Assembly (NCBI RefSeq): GCF_030028105.1
Contig: NC_092383.1
Coordinates: forward strand, 87,253,921 to 87,317,920
Length of the DNA stretch: 64,000 bases
Direction: 5' to 3'
DNA from: Mobula birostris
Taxonomy: Eukaryota
Part shown: positions 1-12,480 of the stretch, piece by piece
Layout of the letters: every line of letters starts with the position of its first letter
How positions within the stretch are numbered: position 1 is the stretch's first letter
Notes under the pieces: model-generated
Databases searched by the model: none
Seen by the model: the letters and a program-made list of their open reading frames with translations, nothing else
Told to the model about the DNA's origin: nothing
Made by a program: the position numbers and the translations under genes

Positions 1-489
1 CTACTTCTCCAGTCACATATGATTCCTTTTTGGATTCATATCGATACTGATACTCATGGGTTCCCTTGCTGCTATAGGTCACTGAAACCAATCACAATTA
101 TACTCTGTCCCAAAAGTCACCATTCATCTTGTACATATCTGACAATTTCCCGTTTTCACATGATGGGGGAAGTTTTCCAGGACACATACAAATGTTGCCA
201 TTCCAAAGTCAACCTGTTAGGTGCCACTGAACACTGCCTCCTTGCTGCTGAGAGAGATTGTAACTCTGATTTTCACACTGACACATACTCAGTGTCATCA
301 CTGCTGTCCTGATCTGGAGTCCTGTGATAATGTCAGACATGGCAGTTCAGGCGGATGGGGGGGACGCAGGGACACAGGGAGGTAGATGAGCTGCCGAGAT
401 TTCAAACTGGTGGGTCCTGGTTGAGATACAGAACTGCGGAAATCAACAGTGTGTTTGATTTTCAGATGTTCACTGATTCTTTTCCACAG

Positions 490-807
490 AACCTGTGTCT
501 GTTCCTTTGCTTCAATTTTCACCAACAAATGACTCAAGTTGTGGGGACTCCGTGTCAGTGTCCTGTGAGTCTGTCCATGGATCCCTTCCCATTCAGTACT
601 CATGGTATGAAAAGATCCCATCTGTGGTTTCAAAGATCTCTGATACCAATAAACTGGATCTCCATTGTCAGTCTATAAAATACAAAAATCATCTGTATTA
701 TTGTAAAGTCTCAAATACTAAAGGAGAAAAGTCCAGTGAAGTGGTCAATGTGTCCATCTCCAACAGTGTCAGCACCTGCAGAAATGTGATTGAAGTCAAC
801 AGCATGG
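490..807 (+). CDS. Gene 1 exon: C2-type Ig domain
   Basis: Acceptor tttccacag|A and donor G|gtaagt, phase 1-1. Lies in ORF 495..827 with Ig hallmarks VSVSC...YSWY...YYC. Confidence 0.88.
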
Positions 808-1084
808 GTAAGTGGTGCAGGGTTTGATTCTTTATGATAGCCGATGGAGTACAACTGATTGACTGATGTGTGCTGGATATTGTGTTGCTGGAACTTCACT
901 CAGGAACATGGAGTGTATGTTGTCACCACCTTTCAGAGAATGAAAAGCCTTTTGGCACAGCTGTTCAAACGTGAGTCACTCACCACAGTGTCTCCTGTCT
1001 CTGATTTGCTCTCACATACTGGGTGTGAATGTGTCTCATCTGGTAATATTTCTGCCATTAATTATAATAGTACTTCTGAGATAA

Positions 1085-1570
1085 TCTACTGCAAAGCTTA
1101 AAGTAAATGTATTGTCGAAGTACATATTTGTCATTATATACTATCCTGAGATCCATTTTCTTGCAGACATTCAGAGTAGATACAAATAAATAAAACAAAA
1201 TCAATGAAAAACCACACACAATCAAATGTATAAACAGCCAATGTCGAAAAGAAGACAAACTGTGCAAATATAAAAGAAACAAATTATTAAAAAGTAAAAA
1301 AAATATTGAGAACGTAAGTTATAGAGTTCTTGAAAGTGAGTCCATTGGTTGCAGAATCAGTTCAGTGTTTAAGTGAGTGAAGGTATCGACGCTGGTTCAG
1401 GAGCCTGATGGTTGAAGGGTAATAACTGTTTCTGACCCTGCTGGTGTGACACCTCCTTCCCAATGGCAGCAGCGTGAGGAGAGCATGGCCTGGGTGGTAA
1501 CAGTCCTTGATGATGGATGCTGCTTTCTCGTGACAGAGCTCCTTGGAGAATTTATCCATATTTGCTCTGC
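1085..1570 (-). mobile_element. Rex1-type LINE 3' fragment
   Basis: ORF 1362..1586(-) reads KAASIIKDCYHPGHALLTLLPLGRR...RNSYYPSTIRLLN, followed by a 3' UTR. Confidence 0.78.
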
Positions 1571-3879
1571 CTGAATTTATAAACAATTATCTGTTCTGTA
1601 CTTTATAGAAAATGGGCTGAGTCATAAAATCAAAGCGGTTGTATCTTTATAAAATATGTAGAAATCACATGGATTGTGAAAGTCCGTGTGCTGAAAACCA
1701 ACATATCTTTTTCTAGTGGATGGAATTGTGAGATGTGACCTCTAAAATCTGTGTATCCTCATTCACTGAGTCTGCAAGCAAAAGTGTAGAAAGATGGAGC
1801 TGAAATGAATCCTGTAATGAGTATTTTCAAGGACAGAAACATTATTGGAGAGGGTAGGGTTAAATTGAGACCACTCAACTACTAAACCACTGGGGGCTTG
1901 GATCAGTTGAATTGGGTCTTACTATTTCCCACATTCAGCAAATCAGAAATTCTTGGGCAAAAACAGGGCATAAAGAATGGAAATTGTATGCGGACTTGCA
2001 GAGAGAAGATTTGAGTAAAGGAACCAGCATGAAACACTGTAATGTGACAGGGACTTTATCAGTTGGAAATAGTTCAGAATATATTTATTATCAAAGTATA
2101 CAGCCTTGAAATTTGTCTGCTTACAGGCAGCCACAAAAAATGAAACCCAATTGAATCCATTAAAAAAAGACTGTCAAACACGCAATGTGCAGAAAAAAAG
2201 CAAATCAATCAAACAGTGATAGTAAACAATTAACATTCAGGACTGAAGTTCATGAAAGTGAGTCCACAGCCATGAAGCCAGTCACAGCTGATCGAGGACA
2301 CGTTAGTTGCAGGTCACAGACTCAGTTCAGCGCAGAGATGAGTAAACCTTGCAGAGCAGTTAGCCTCATATCTGCCTGTCCCTCTCCTCCAGCCCCAACC
2401 TATTCAATCTGACCCAGTGCTTACATCAGCCAAACAACAAGTTGTTCCTCACTCTTGGACCCACACCCTGTCACTTTGATATGCTTTTGTGCGTGGAACC
2501 CGCTGCCTCGATTCAGCTTGTATGCGACATTTCCATTCTGGCCCAAAGCTTAAATCCATCTGACTTCGACTTGTTCCTTGCTCTCCGGACTCCAGCATTG
2601 TCAGCAGATTAGATCTGATGAAAGATGTTCTTGTTATGGAAGGAGGCAAGCAAAGGATCAGCAGACTGGTTTCTGGAATGTCACAAGTGACAGTAGATCA
2701 GAGCCATTTAGGACTGGGAGTAGGGAAGTCTTCTTCTCTCAGAAAGTGGTGAACCTGTATTCAAGAAAGATTTAGTTACTATTCTCAGTGGTAGAGAGAT
2801 GCAGAGATATGGGAAACAATTACTCTCCCAGAAATACTGGAGATCAGAGAGTTTATTGAAAGGTAGAAAGTTGGTACTTACCAATAATATCAGAATGGTG
2901 ATGGGAAAACTGATGTGATTGAAAACCAATAAATCTCCAGGTTGTGATACTCTACATCCCAGAGAACATGAGGAATTGGCACGAGAAATAATAGATGCAC
3001 TGCTGGTCATTTTTAATTCCAATGGATTGGAGAGAAGCTGACCATTCTATTTTAAAAAGGAGGTAGAGAGGAAGGTAGAAATTCTTGAGCAATTGGCCTG
3101 ACATTAGTACAAGGAAATGTGGTGAAGAAGGACAAAAGAAAAAAAATCAATGTATCGAATTGGTCTTGTGTTTTTTGTACCCATTATAAATTCCTCCAGA
3201 AAAAAAGGTCCAGGTTTTGTTCACCATGGTCAGAGGTGGAAACCTGCGCAAGGAAGACTTTAAAGTGCCACAGGGGGTGCGCCATCCCCAGTAGCACTAT
3301 CTTCACCATGATGAGGTAAATCCCGGTGGCAAGGGTGATCCCAGGACAACCGGTCCCACATCTTGGCTGCAGGAGGCTGCCGGGTCCTTTGTTTGTTAAG
3401 GCCCGTCTATTGTGCGCCATCAGCGCATTGCTTTTCTGTCAGGGTGTGCTCCCTTAGCCTTGTCTCAACAGACTTACCACAAGGCAGTGGGGCTATTTGC
3501 CCATAGCTGGGACAGTGGTTGACGGGCTCCAGGGCATGTCCACACAGTGGTGGGTCTGCACGCCACGTCTCTGGGACCCACTGCCGATCCGAGATCCCCT
3601 GTAATTTAGCCTGGGAGCGTAAAATACCCAGTTTCCATGTGTGGCCCCGAGGAGGTACTGCAAGAGTCTTGGCAGTGGAGAGGCTCTGTACTGGCAGGAG
3701 GAGGCTTACACACTCGGCTCCTCTTTTCACCCTCTATTAAGAAGGCTAGCCAGCGGCAATAGCTGTAAGCAGGGAGTAGCAAGCAGAGAGCACTGTGCGG
3801 CATACAGCATGCACCATGCACTAACTACAAGCACTACTACACTACTACACTAGACGCTTCACACGCACCCTTTGAGCAA

Positions 3880-4617
3880 ATACTCCCACCCACACACAGT
3901 TCCACGATGGGATGACTGCTCGGGTGACCACAGGAGGACAAGAGTCTGAGCCCTTTCTTGTATGCACAGGGGTGAGGCAGGGGTGTGTACTAGTGCCAGT
4001 GCTCTTTAAAATCTTCCTCCTGTGTTAAGCTTCTCCACAACGAGATTGAAGACAGCAGCGGTGTGGCAGTGGATGTCAGATTAGATGGCAACCTCTTTCA
4101 CATCAGGAGGCTTCGCGCAACCACCAAACTCCATAGAGAGCGGGTCCTGGAGCTGCAGTATGCAGACGACTGTGGTCTTGTGGCCCATACCCCGGAGGAT
4201 CTTCAGACTGTCCTTGCTGTGGCGGTGAGAGCGTACAGCAGGATGGGGCTGACTGTCAATACCACCAAGACAAAAGTGGTTTGCCAGTGGAGTACCAGTG
4301 TCCCACCCACTCTACCTGCCTTCACTGTTGGTGATGAAAAGCTGTCAGTAGTGCCATCTTTCAAATATCTGGGGAGCATTCCTTCAGAGGATAGCGGCAT
4401 TGACAACGACGTCCAGAGCCGCATTAAACAGGCATCAGCTGCCTTTGGGAGACTTTGGCGTACAGTCTTTCTGAACAGGAGCCTTCATCCCTCCACAAAG
4501 GTCACCATATACCAAGTGGTCTGTGTCACCACCCTCTTTTATAGCTGTGAAGCTTGGGTAACCTACAGCCGTCACATCAAGTCCTTGGAGCGCTCCCACA
4601 TAAGCTGCCTCCAGACA
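3880..4617 (+). mobile_element. RTE-clade LINE RT fragment
   Basis: ORF 4063..4653 reads GNLFHIRRL...ELQYADDCGLVAH...TKTKVV...FKYLGS...RIKQASAAFGRL. Confidence 0.88.
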
Positions 4618-5110
4618 GTACACTGCATACAATTAAAGGAATTATATTTATGAATCTTAACGAAAGGGTTAGTAAAGAATAATGAAAAGAAAAGGGCCCA
4701 TTCTAATTAAACAGTCAAATGTGCACAAGTTAGAGCTCATCTTGCACTTCACTGTCACTCACACGCTGGGCCCTTGGTCAACATGAAAGCACACACCACC
4801 TTCCAAATGTTGCTCGCTATCCATCACAAGCAGTCTCCCACTGGTTCGTATGCTACGACCGGTTCTCCCCAGCGTCTTCTCTCTTCATCTCCTCTCAAAC
4901 AAAACAAGCCCCAAGCCCAACCTTAGAGTCCCTCACCAGAGAAACCTCCCTTTCAACTGAACCATCCTAATTGGATGGCTCACACTTCTCCTCATCTCTT
5001 ATCTTCAACAATAACCTGAACATAAGCTGAAAACAAGCAGCTCCCACAGAACAGCAGAAAATGAAATACATACAGATAACAGTAAAAAATATGAACCAGG
5101 GCATTACGTA
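4618..5110. mobile_element. Degenerate LTR-like fragment related to the solo LTR at 19849
   Basis: Shares ...agtaaagaa...aagaaaagggcccattct..t.aaacagtc.a.tg.gca...gtt.gagctca with 20027-20100 and truncates the RTE ORF. Confidence 0.5.
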
Positions 5111-5600
5111 CTGTATATATTCCCTGCAAAATTGCTCCTGTTCTATATTTTCAATGTTTTAATTGATTGTTTTGTTTAGAATTCTAAATTACTTCTAATA
5201 CTCAGCTTTGCTGCTTTTACAGAACATGACACATTTCCTTGGATTTAACAGATTCACAAATTTCTTTTGAAAGTCATGCTTGATGGTGGACCTTTCCCTT
5301 ATGATTACACATGCTTATATAGGATTACAGTTCCCTCAGTCCAAGTCCTTTCACTTCCCCAGCAGTACCTTCACACTGCCGGTGCCTGAATATGGGAAAG
5401 AATCCAAATGTGAACATAGTTGGGTGCACAATTAGCGTAACATTATTACTCAGCCAGCAATCGGTGATCGGGGTCCAATTCCCACCACTGTTTGCAAGCA
5501 TTGGTCCACCAGGGTCAAGTACCTATTGGTCTAACAATTGTGCTCTCTTGTTTTTAAAAGTACAAAGCAGATAAGTTTGGATTTTATTTTCTTCTAACAG

Positions 5601-5655
5601 GGCCAATTCATTTCTGTGAAAATACTGTGACAGAATCTACGACAACTACACAAGG
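5601..5655 (+). CDS. Gene 1 exon: short Thr-rich stalk (GPIHFCENTVTESTTTTQG)
   Basis: Acceptor ttttcttctaacag| and donor GG|gtatga, phase 1-2, matching the next exon. A weaker same-phase donor at 5680 is possible. Confidence 0.7.
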
Positions 5656-6386
5656 GTATGAATCTACATCAGAGAAAATGTAAAGTATAAGTGTCTCTCT
5701 ACAGGGGATTTCAATGTTATTGCTTCCAAATAGTACCAGTTGGGATAGAAATTTGTTTCTCTTTAACTGGCGTTAAGCACATTTGACATGATTAACTGCA
5801 ATGAAATCATGTATCGGGAACTGAGTATTATTCCTGGTTTTCTTGTATATGCATCAAGCCTGAGAAAAAAGATAATTTTCTTACAGTAAATATTTAATAA
5901 TTTAAGCATCGCAGTTGAAGCTCATATTCTGAGTCATAAAGTTATTGTTATATATTAGAACAACAGGCTCCTCAGCTTGACTTGCCACGAAACAAAGAAA
6001 ACCATGGAAACTGTTTAAAGAAGAGGTTCGGCTACATGGTCAGCAATGCTGTCTGTCAGAGAAGAAACCACCAATCAATCCTTTAATGCAACAGTTCAAG
6101 TGACTTGTCTGTAAAAGGACATGGTAGAGTTCCCAGATGGCCTAGACAATGGTTACTGTTCAACCAACATCACTATCGTTGGTCATGATCACATTTCTAC
6201 TTGTGAGACTTTGGAGTGAACAGATTGGCTGTTGCAAATTCCCACACTGTCAACAGTGTCTAACGTTCATTTTCTGAGCTGCAGACATCCTGAGCTCATG
6301 AAAAATGCTGTGTAAATGTCAGATTTTACAAATGGCCAAGAATATATGGTGAACCAGGACTGACCCTTTCCTATTCTTTACCACAG

Positions 6387-6478
6387 ACATACTTACACAA
6401 CTGTGCTCAGTGTCATTGGGATTCTACTCATACTACTTGTCGTTTGTCCACTTTGCTACCTGAAGAGAAAAAACAGGG
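6387..6478 (+). CDS. Gene 1 exon: uncharged transmembrane segment plus basic stop-transfer
   Basis: Acceptor ctttaccacag| and donor G|gtaggt. Encodes HTYTTVLSVIGILLILLVVCPLCYLKRKNR. Confidence 0.85.
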
Positions 6479-7015
6479 GTAGGTTTCATTTTTCCTTTAA
6501 CTATTTCATGATGAATATGATAACTAGCTGCTGAATCTTAAGGAACTTGATTTGGTTGCAGTCAACAAAAAGCCAGGATTAGAGTGCCAATGTGTCGGTT
6601 TACAACACATGAATGAATGGTGTTGCTTCCACTGTAACCTGGTGACTCCATTATTCCTGAAACATCAGGCGATGGAATCTCACTTCAACTGTGGAATGGC
6701 AGAGAACCACGAGGCTGGGTAGAAGAAAGATTTAGATGGTCTCACCTGTACTACTCATTTTTGGAGAATTAGCTGTTGTATTTAAAAGTATATTCAATAA
6801 GCTTCTCCTCAGTACAACCTCCAATTAAATGCAATCATTTCGACAATGTATGTGTAAAGTCATACTCCCATGTAATTCTCATTTAAAAAAAAGATCAGGT
6901 GTATCTTTTATCAATCTACCACTCACTGCATGTCACTGGAGAAATTTCCCTGCTCTGATTGGAAATAGTTGTCGTAGATTAAGTCAGTGTTCTGCTTTTT
7001 TGAGGTGATTCTGAG

Positions 7016-7290
7016 ATGGGCACCACAGTAGCATAGAGGTTAGCATGACGCTATTACTCCTCCGGACAGTTTGGAGCTTGGAGTTCAATTCAGTGAAATT
7101 CTGTAAGGAGTTTCAACATCCTCTCCATTGAATGTATCAATTTTTCCAGGGTGCTCCAGTTTCCTCCCACAGTCCAAAGGCACACCAAGTATGTTACTTG
7201 GTCATTGTAAATTGTCCCATGTTTAGGTTAAGGTTAATCAGACTTGTCGGGGTTGCTATGTTGAAGGGCCAGAGAGGCTTACTCCATTCA
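7016..7290 (+). mobile_element. tRNA-derived SINE (HE1/SacSINE-like)
   Basis: A-box-like gtagcatagaggttagc, B-box-like gagttcaattc and core ctccagtttcctcccacagtccaaag. Further copies at ~8005-8320 (+), 8876-8958 (+, truncated), 15105-15292 (-), 37195-37470 (-) and 38130-38270 (-). Confidence 0.75.
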
Positions 7291-8004
7291 GATATTGATT
7301 AAAATTCCTTTGACTTGCAACAAAGTGTTTCTAATGAATGAATAAGTAAAAATACAAGTGATTATAAGATGGCTGACTTGATGCCGAAGGTCAATTGCTT
7401 AGAAACATAGTAGTAAGGAATGAACAACTGCTGTAAGCTTACAATGAGCAGTCATATCTAGTGGGTAGAAATAAATTGGCAAACCATATCGTACATAACA
7501 TCCACTAATAGTCCAAGGCCATCAGAACCATTTATTGAGAATGGGACATTGGGATTCCATATGAAATTGTTGATCTCAGTGTTTAATTCAAAAGGAGGTT
7601 TTGTGGCCAGTAGGAAAATGGGGTGATTTTTATTTTGGGCAGTTTGTTCCTTCTTCCTGAGGACAGAGGCCTGGAGAGATCAGTGAGATGTTCATGGGAC
7701 AGTGTGAATATTGTCAGGTAATCTGCTCCATCATATTGTGAAGAAGTAATAGGGTCTAAATGCACACACGAAAAATGAAGGAATATGCTCAGTAGAACAG
7801 ATAAAATTTGTGGCAATTAAAAAATAAATTGCAGTCTAAACCCCTCATTACAATGTTCAAAGATGGAAAATTTCAGTTTTCAGTAGCAGAGAAGGTGGTC
7901 CTTTCAAACAACAGAACATTGTGTAGTAACCAGAGCAGAGGATTGCTCTGTGTGGAGAATCATTACTGTGTTGCAGCTGGGGTTCCCGTGGTTCTGTGAT
8001 TCAG

Positions 8005-8320
8005 TATGGGTGTCATGGTAACCTAGCGGTTCAGGTGAAGCTATTACAGCTGGGGGCGTTCCGGAGTTTGCAGTTCAATTCCAGTGCCGTTCTGAAAGGA
8101 GTCTCTGTATGTCCTCCCTGTGGGATGCATGGATACACTCCGGGTCCTCCAGTGTCCTCCCACAGTCCAAAGACGTACCAGGTAGGTGAATTGGTCAATG
8201 GAAATTGCACCATGATCAGGATAGGGTTAATCTGGTTTGTCGGGGGTTGCTGGGGTGGCGAAGCTCAAAGGGCTGCAGGGCCAGACTGTACGCAGTATCA
8301 CTAAATAAATAAATAAATAA
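8005..8320 (+). mobile_element. tRNA-derived SINE copy with (TAAA)n tail
   Basis: Same core as 7016-7290, ending taaataaataaataaataa. Confidence 0.75.
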
Positions 8321-8379
8321 ATAGTCATTTATGTTTGTAACAGCCATGGAATTTTTAGCAGTAATGTTGTATTTTTCAG

Positions 8380-8426
8380 CATCCAAGCCCAACCCATCTC
8401 ACGGAGAAGGCAACAATGAAACTCAG
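8380..8426 (+). CDS. Gene 1 exon: first cytoplasmic exon
   Basis: Acceptor atttttcag| and donor CAG|gtatgg, phase 1-0. Encodes ASKPNPSHGEGNNETQ. Confidence 0.75.
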
Positions 8427-9832
8427 GTATGGACATTAAGTATAAAGTGTCTGAATGTTTCAGAATGTTTAGAAATTGGATTACATGGGAGTTTACAGAT
8501 CAGTCATCCCCACTAGTCCAGTCCAGTATTAATACTTTACACAAACCTACGAGCACTTCTTTCATTGAATCCCATCAGCATAACCTTCCAGTTATTTGTC
8601 CCTTTCTCTTATGCTTATCCACATTTTCCTTAAGTCTATCCATAATATTTTACTTGACTATTCTTCAGAGTGGCACCAGTCTTTATTATCATTACTGAAG
8701 GGTGAAGAGTGAGATTGGTCCTTTCTCTACTGTTAGAGATGGAGCATCTAATTGTGTAAATCTGTCTTTGGGTTCAATGACTTTTCAGTTTACATTTTGT
8801 ATATTCCTTCTGAGTCTCAAAGTCTGATGTGAAATCAGAAAAAAATAGGGCAGCTCTATTCAGAATAACAAATTGGGGATGACACGGTAGAATAGCGGTT
8901 AGCATAACGCTATTACAGCGCCAGTGACCTGGGTTCACTTCCGCTGCTGTCTGCAGGGTGGAGATTGTTGGAGGATTCTGCTCTGCCATACATTTTCTCT
9001 TGTTGGCATCACTTTAACTCCAAGATCTGTACCCTCAGAGAACTGTGTGTTCCTCTTGTGCATCCTCCAGTCTCTGAATCCCACCACCAATGTCAGTAGC
9101 TTCAGCTACCCAAAACCCACCCTCTGGACAACTCCATGAACTCCTGCAATTCTGTCCTCTTAACTTTTGTTCGTTAGGGATACAGCAGAGTAACCGGTCC
9201 TTCCAGTCCACTGACCAGCCAATTACACCCATGTGATCAATTAACCTACTACAACAAACCATTCTGACTGAAAACCATAAAAGTATTGTAATTTGCCCAA
9301 ATAATCTCCAACTTCATTTTCAACCTCTCCTCTCAGTGAACCCCTGTGAAACACCGAACGGCTTCATGTGTAGGTGCTGTAAAGCAACATGCTGTTGTTG
9401 CACAGTTAGTAGTCGGTCCTCACTAAGTATCACAGCTGTTATCAAACACTCTGGAAAATGAAATTCTACAAGCTGATTGAAAGGATCAGAGTTTATTTAA
9501 AAACAGAAAACTGAAGGTGATCTGGTAGTTGCCTGAAAGAGTATCAAATTGTTTTATTGAATAAAGAAGGTATTTTCACTTTCAGAGGAGAGTAGAACTT
9601 GAGATATAAACATAAGATGGTTTAAAAAAAATCATGAAATTACGACCATAGACCATATGGGATAGGATCAGAATTAGTTCATTTGGCCCATCAAGACTTC
9701 TCTGTCCTTCAATCACAGCTGATTTATTTTCCCTCTCACCTATTATTCTGCTTTCTCCCTGTAACTTTCACAGCCTCAACTTTCACATTCATCGGTCATA
9801 AAATAGATCTCGGATTTTATTTTTTATTTCAG

Positions 9833-10081
9833 GAAATGGCCACGTTGGAAGAAAATGTCGTTTCTACAGATCTACACCATGTTCGAAACAATGAGGCGGA
9901 TGCCCAGTCGGCCAAAAATGAAACTGGAATTGTGTATGCAGATGTGAAATTTAAAAGGAAATCAAGAGCAGTCCACTCCGTTACGGATGTGGACAACGTC
10001 ACCTATGCAAATATCAAATTTCAAACCCATTGTGCAAAGCCAAAACGAAAAGCTTTCTCTCCTCCTACTCCACAGGAATAG
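9833..10081 (+). CDS. Gene 1 terminal exon with two ITIMs (IVYADV, VTYANI)
   Basis: Acceptor ttttttatttcag|GAA, phase 0, inside ORF 9683..10081. Both motifs fit the ITIM consensus (S/I/V/L)xYxx(I/V/L). Stop is TAG. Confidence 0.88.
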   Translation, partial: EMATLEENVVSTDLHHVRNNEADAQSAKNETGIVYADVKFKRKSRAVHSVTDVDNVTYANIKFQTHCAKPKRKAFSPPTPQE

Positions 10082-11329
10082 GAATAAGCTTGACAGAGTA
10101 ATTATGTGGCTAGATCGAGGCATAAGAGTTAGGCTTTTTATTCAGTTCACCTGTACACCTGCTGGTTAATGCAAATATCTGATCGGCCAGTCATGTAACA
10201 ACTCAATGCATAAAAGCATGCAGATATGAACAAGAGGTTCCGTTGACAGTAAGTTAAATTACTATTTGTTACAGCAGTGGTTGTAGAAAACACCCCTCAA
10301 TGCACAACATTCCGACACGCATGCTTTCATGCATCGAGTTGCTGCCACATGATTGATTAGGTATTTACTCTGACAAGCAGATGTACAAATGTACCTAATA
10401 AAGTGGCCACTGAGTGTAACTCTTCTGCCTGAATCTATCCACATAATTACTTCATCAAGCTGATTCTGAGCTGCTTCTTCCACACACCCCGCTTTCCAGT
10501 TCCTCTTCATTGGCAATGAGGGTCAGAGTCCAGATCATCTCTGTGTGACTGCCCGTTACGCCGCTGCGTTTGGGGCAGCAGCGCAGGTCCTCCATCTCTG
10601 GTGGTGTTCAGGGTTTCCTTCATCATGTCAATAGCTTCCTCTCAGTTTTCACTACTGGTCGTCATGCAAGTCCTGGGCAGAGTTTCAAGAATACCATCAC
10701 ACTCAGATACAGAAGGAATTTTCAATTGCTGTTTCTGTAACAGTTTTGTTTTACCAGTCAGGTTTGTCAGGCCTGATCTGAACGCACCGAAGCTGGAGGA
10801 CTGGTGGATCACCCTGGTTGTCTACCCTTTGACCTGTTTGGCAAGTGTAACCCTATCAAGAGCCAAGCATAATGCCTTGAATCCAGTCAACATAGCTCTC
10901 CGGGTCTTGAGGCACACAAGCCTCCAAGCCATGACAAGATTGTGGTCCGCTTGAAGGCTTGATCATCTCTACAGATGTTAAAATGCTCTTGTCCCTCATT
11001 CTGACTTCTACAATATACACTCTGGCACCCCACTCCCAACACCCCCTCTTCAGTTATAATTTCTTTCAGCTATTTAAATACTAACAGAGTGATTATCATG
11101 TTCCAGTTATATAGAGCTCTGTTAAGACTGCATCTGGACCATTTTGTACAGGTCTGGTTCATCCCACCTGAGGAAGGATAGACTTACAATGGACTGAGTA
11201 CAGCCAAGTTTTCCCAGAAAGATTCTGTTGATTTTGAGTTTGTTATTTCATGAGAGATTGCTGTATGAGTCTGACTGAAAGTCTACTTTCTCACTTTTAG
11301 AGGCCATTTCAGTGAAACAAAAAGTATTG

Positions 11330-12480
11330 AATTTAGATCATATCAGGGTATAACACAGAGAAATGCTCTTTGACTCACCCTCCCTGTGCTGACCATTATT
11401 CCAATCTAACTAATCCCATCTGCCTGCACATGATCGTACCTGTCCATGTGTCTGTTGAAATACCTTTTCAATGTTGCTATTGTATCTGCTTCCACCACAT
11501 CCCTTGGTAGACCATTCCAGGCACCATTTATACTCCCTGTGTAAAAAAAATTTCTCACATCTCCTTCAAAAATTTCCTGTGCTCACCTTAAATGTAAGTC
11601 CTTTATTATTTTATCCATTTATCCAGGGAACTATGACTATCTCCCCTGTCTATGCCTGTCATAATTTTACACACCTTTCCAACAGGTCGCCCCTCAGGCT
11701 CTGACACTCCAACTTTGTCCACGCTCCCCATATAGCTATTACACTCTAATCCAGGCCAAACCGTGGTTAACCTCTACTGCATCATCTCCAACTCTCCACA
11801 TTCTTTCTATAGCGTGAAGACTAAAACTACACATAGTTACTCCAAATAGTGCTGAAGTTTTATACAGTTGCAACATGACTTTCCAACTTTCATACTCAAT
11901 GTTGGCAAGCATGCCTTACACCGCCTTTACTGCCCTGTTCACTTGCATTGTTACTTTCGGGAGCTGTGGACTTGCATGCCACGATCCCATTGTAGATCAG
12001 TGCTCCAGAGGGTCCTGCCAGTTACTGCATAATTTTGTCTTACGTTTGACCTTTCAAAATGCAACACCTCATGCTTGTGTGATTTGAAGTCTATCTGTCT
12101 TTTCTCTGCCCAAACTCCCAGCTGATCTATATACTGCTGTATCCTTCGACCACATTCCTCACTATCCACAGTTTTGTTTTCTCTACAAAAGTACCTATAT
12201 TTTCATGAAAATCATTTATATCTATTACAAGTAACAGAGGTCCAGGCACTGAACCTTGCAGAGCTCCACTGGTCACAGGCCTCCAGTCAGATAATCACCC
12301 CTCTAGCACTGGTCTCAGTTGTCTATCAACATTCCAACTTTGTTTCTAACTTACAAACCCACTCTGGATCATATGTGACTTAATTTTGTGGACCAACATT
12401 GTATGAGGGACCATGTCAAAAGATTTACAAAAGACCATGTCTACAACATCCACTGCACTCCCCTCATCAATCATTTTCTT
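11330..12480 (-). mobile_element. Decayed CR1 3' fragment (further fragments at ~2640-3130, 35950-36850, 38750-39130, 40210-41280, 51290-52760, 59280-59580, 60300-60660)
   Basis: Reads WAEKRQIDF..HKHEVLHFERSN and MRGDLIEVYKIMRGINRVD-type CR1 RT C-terminal motifs, with catagaa/cataaga-type tails. Confidence 0.7.

Larger units (their letters stand above)
490..10081 (+). other. Gene 1 (5' end outside window): CD300/pIgR-related (MDIR-type) inhibitory Ig-superfamily receptor, C2-stalk-TM-2xITIM
   Basis: Five exons with AG/GT boundaries and compatible phases (1-1, 1-2, 2-1, 1-0, 0-stop) join into one open frame: EPVSVPLL...YYCKVSN...SMG / GPIHFCENTVTESTTTTQG / HTYTTVLSVIGILLILLVVCPLCYLKRKNR / ASKPNPSHGEGNNETQ / EMATLEE...IVYADV...VTYANI...PQE*. 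Family assignment rests on the neighbouring V exons and a decayed paralogue of the same C2 exon at 49.4 kb (inference). Confidence 0.8.

Noticed and set aside
3200-3865. Minus-strand GC-rich segment abutting the + strand RTE RT fragment, possibly a 5'-inverted (twin-primed) insertion
   Set aside because: I could not confirm that the segment belongs to the same RTE, and I found no TSD. Left as an unclassified repeat.
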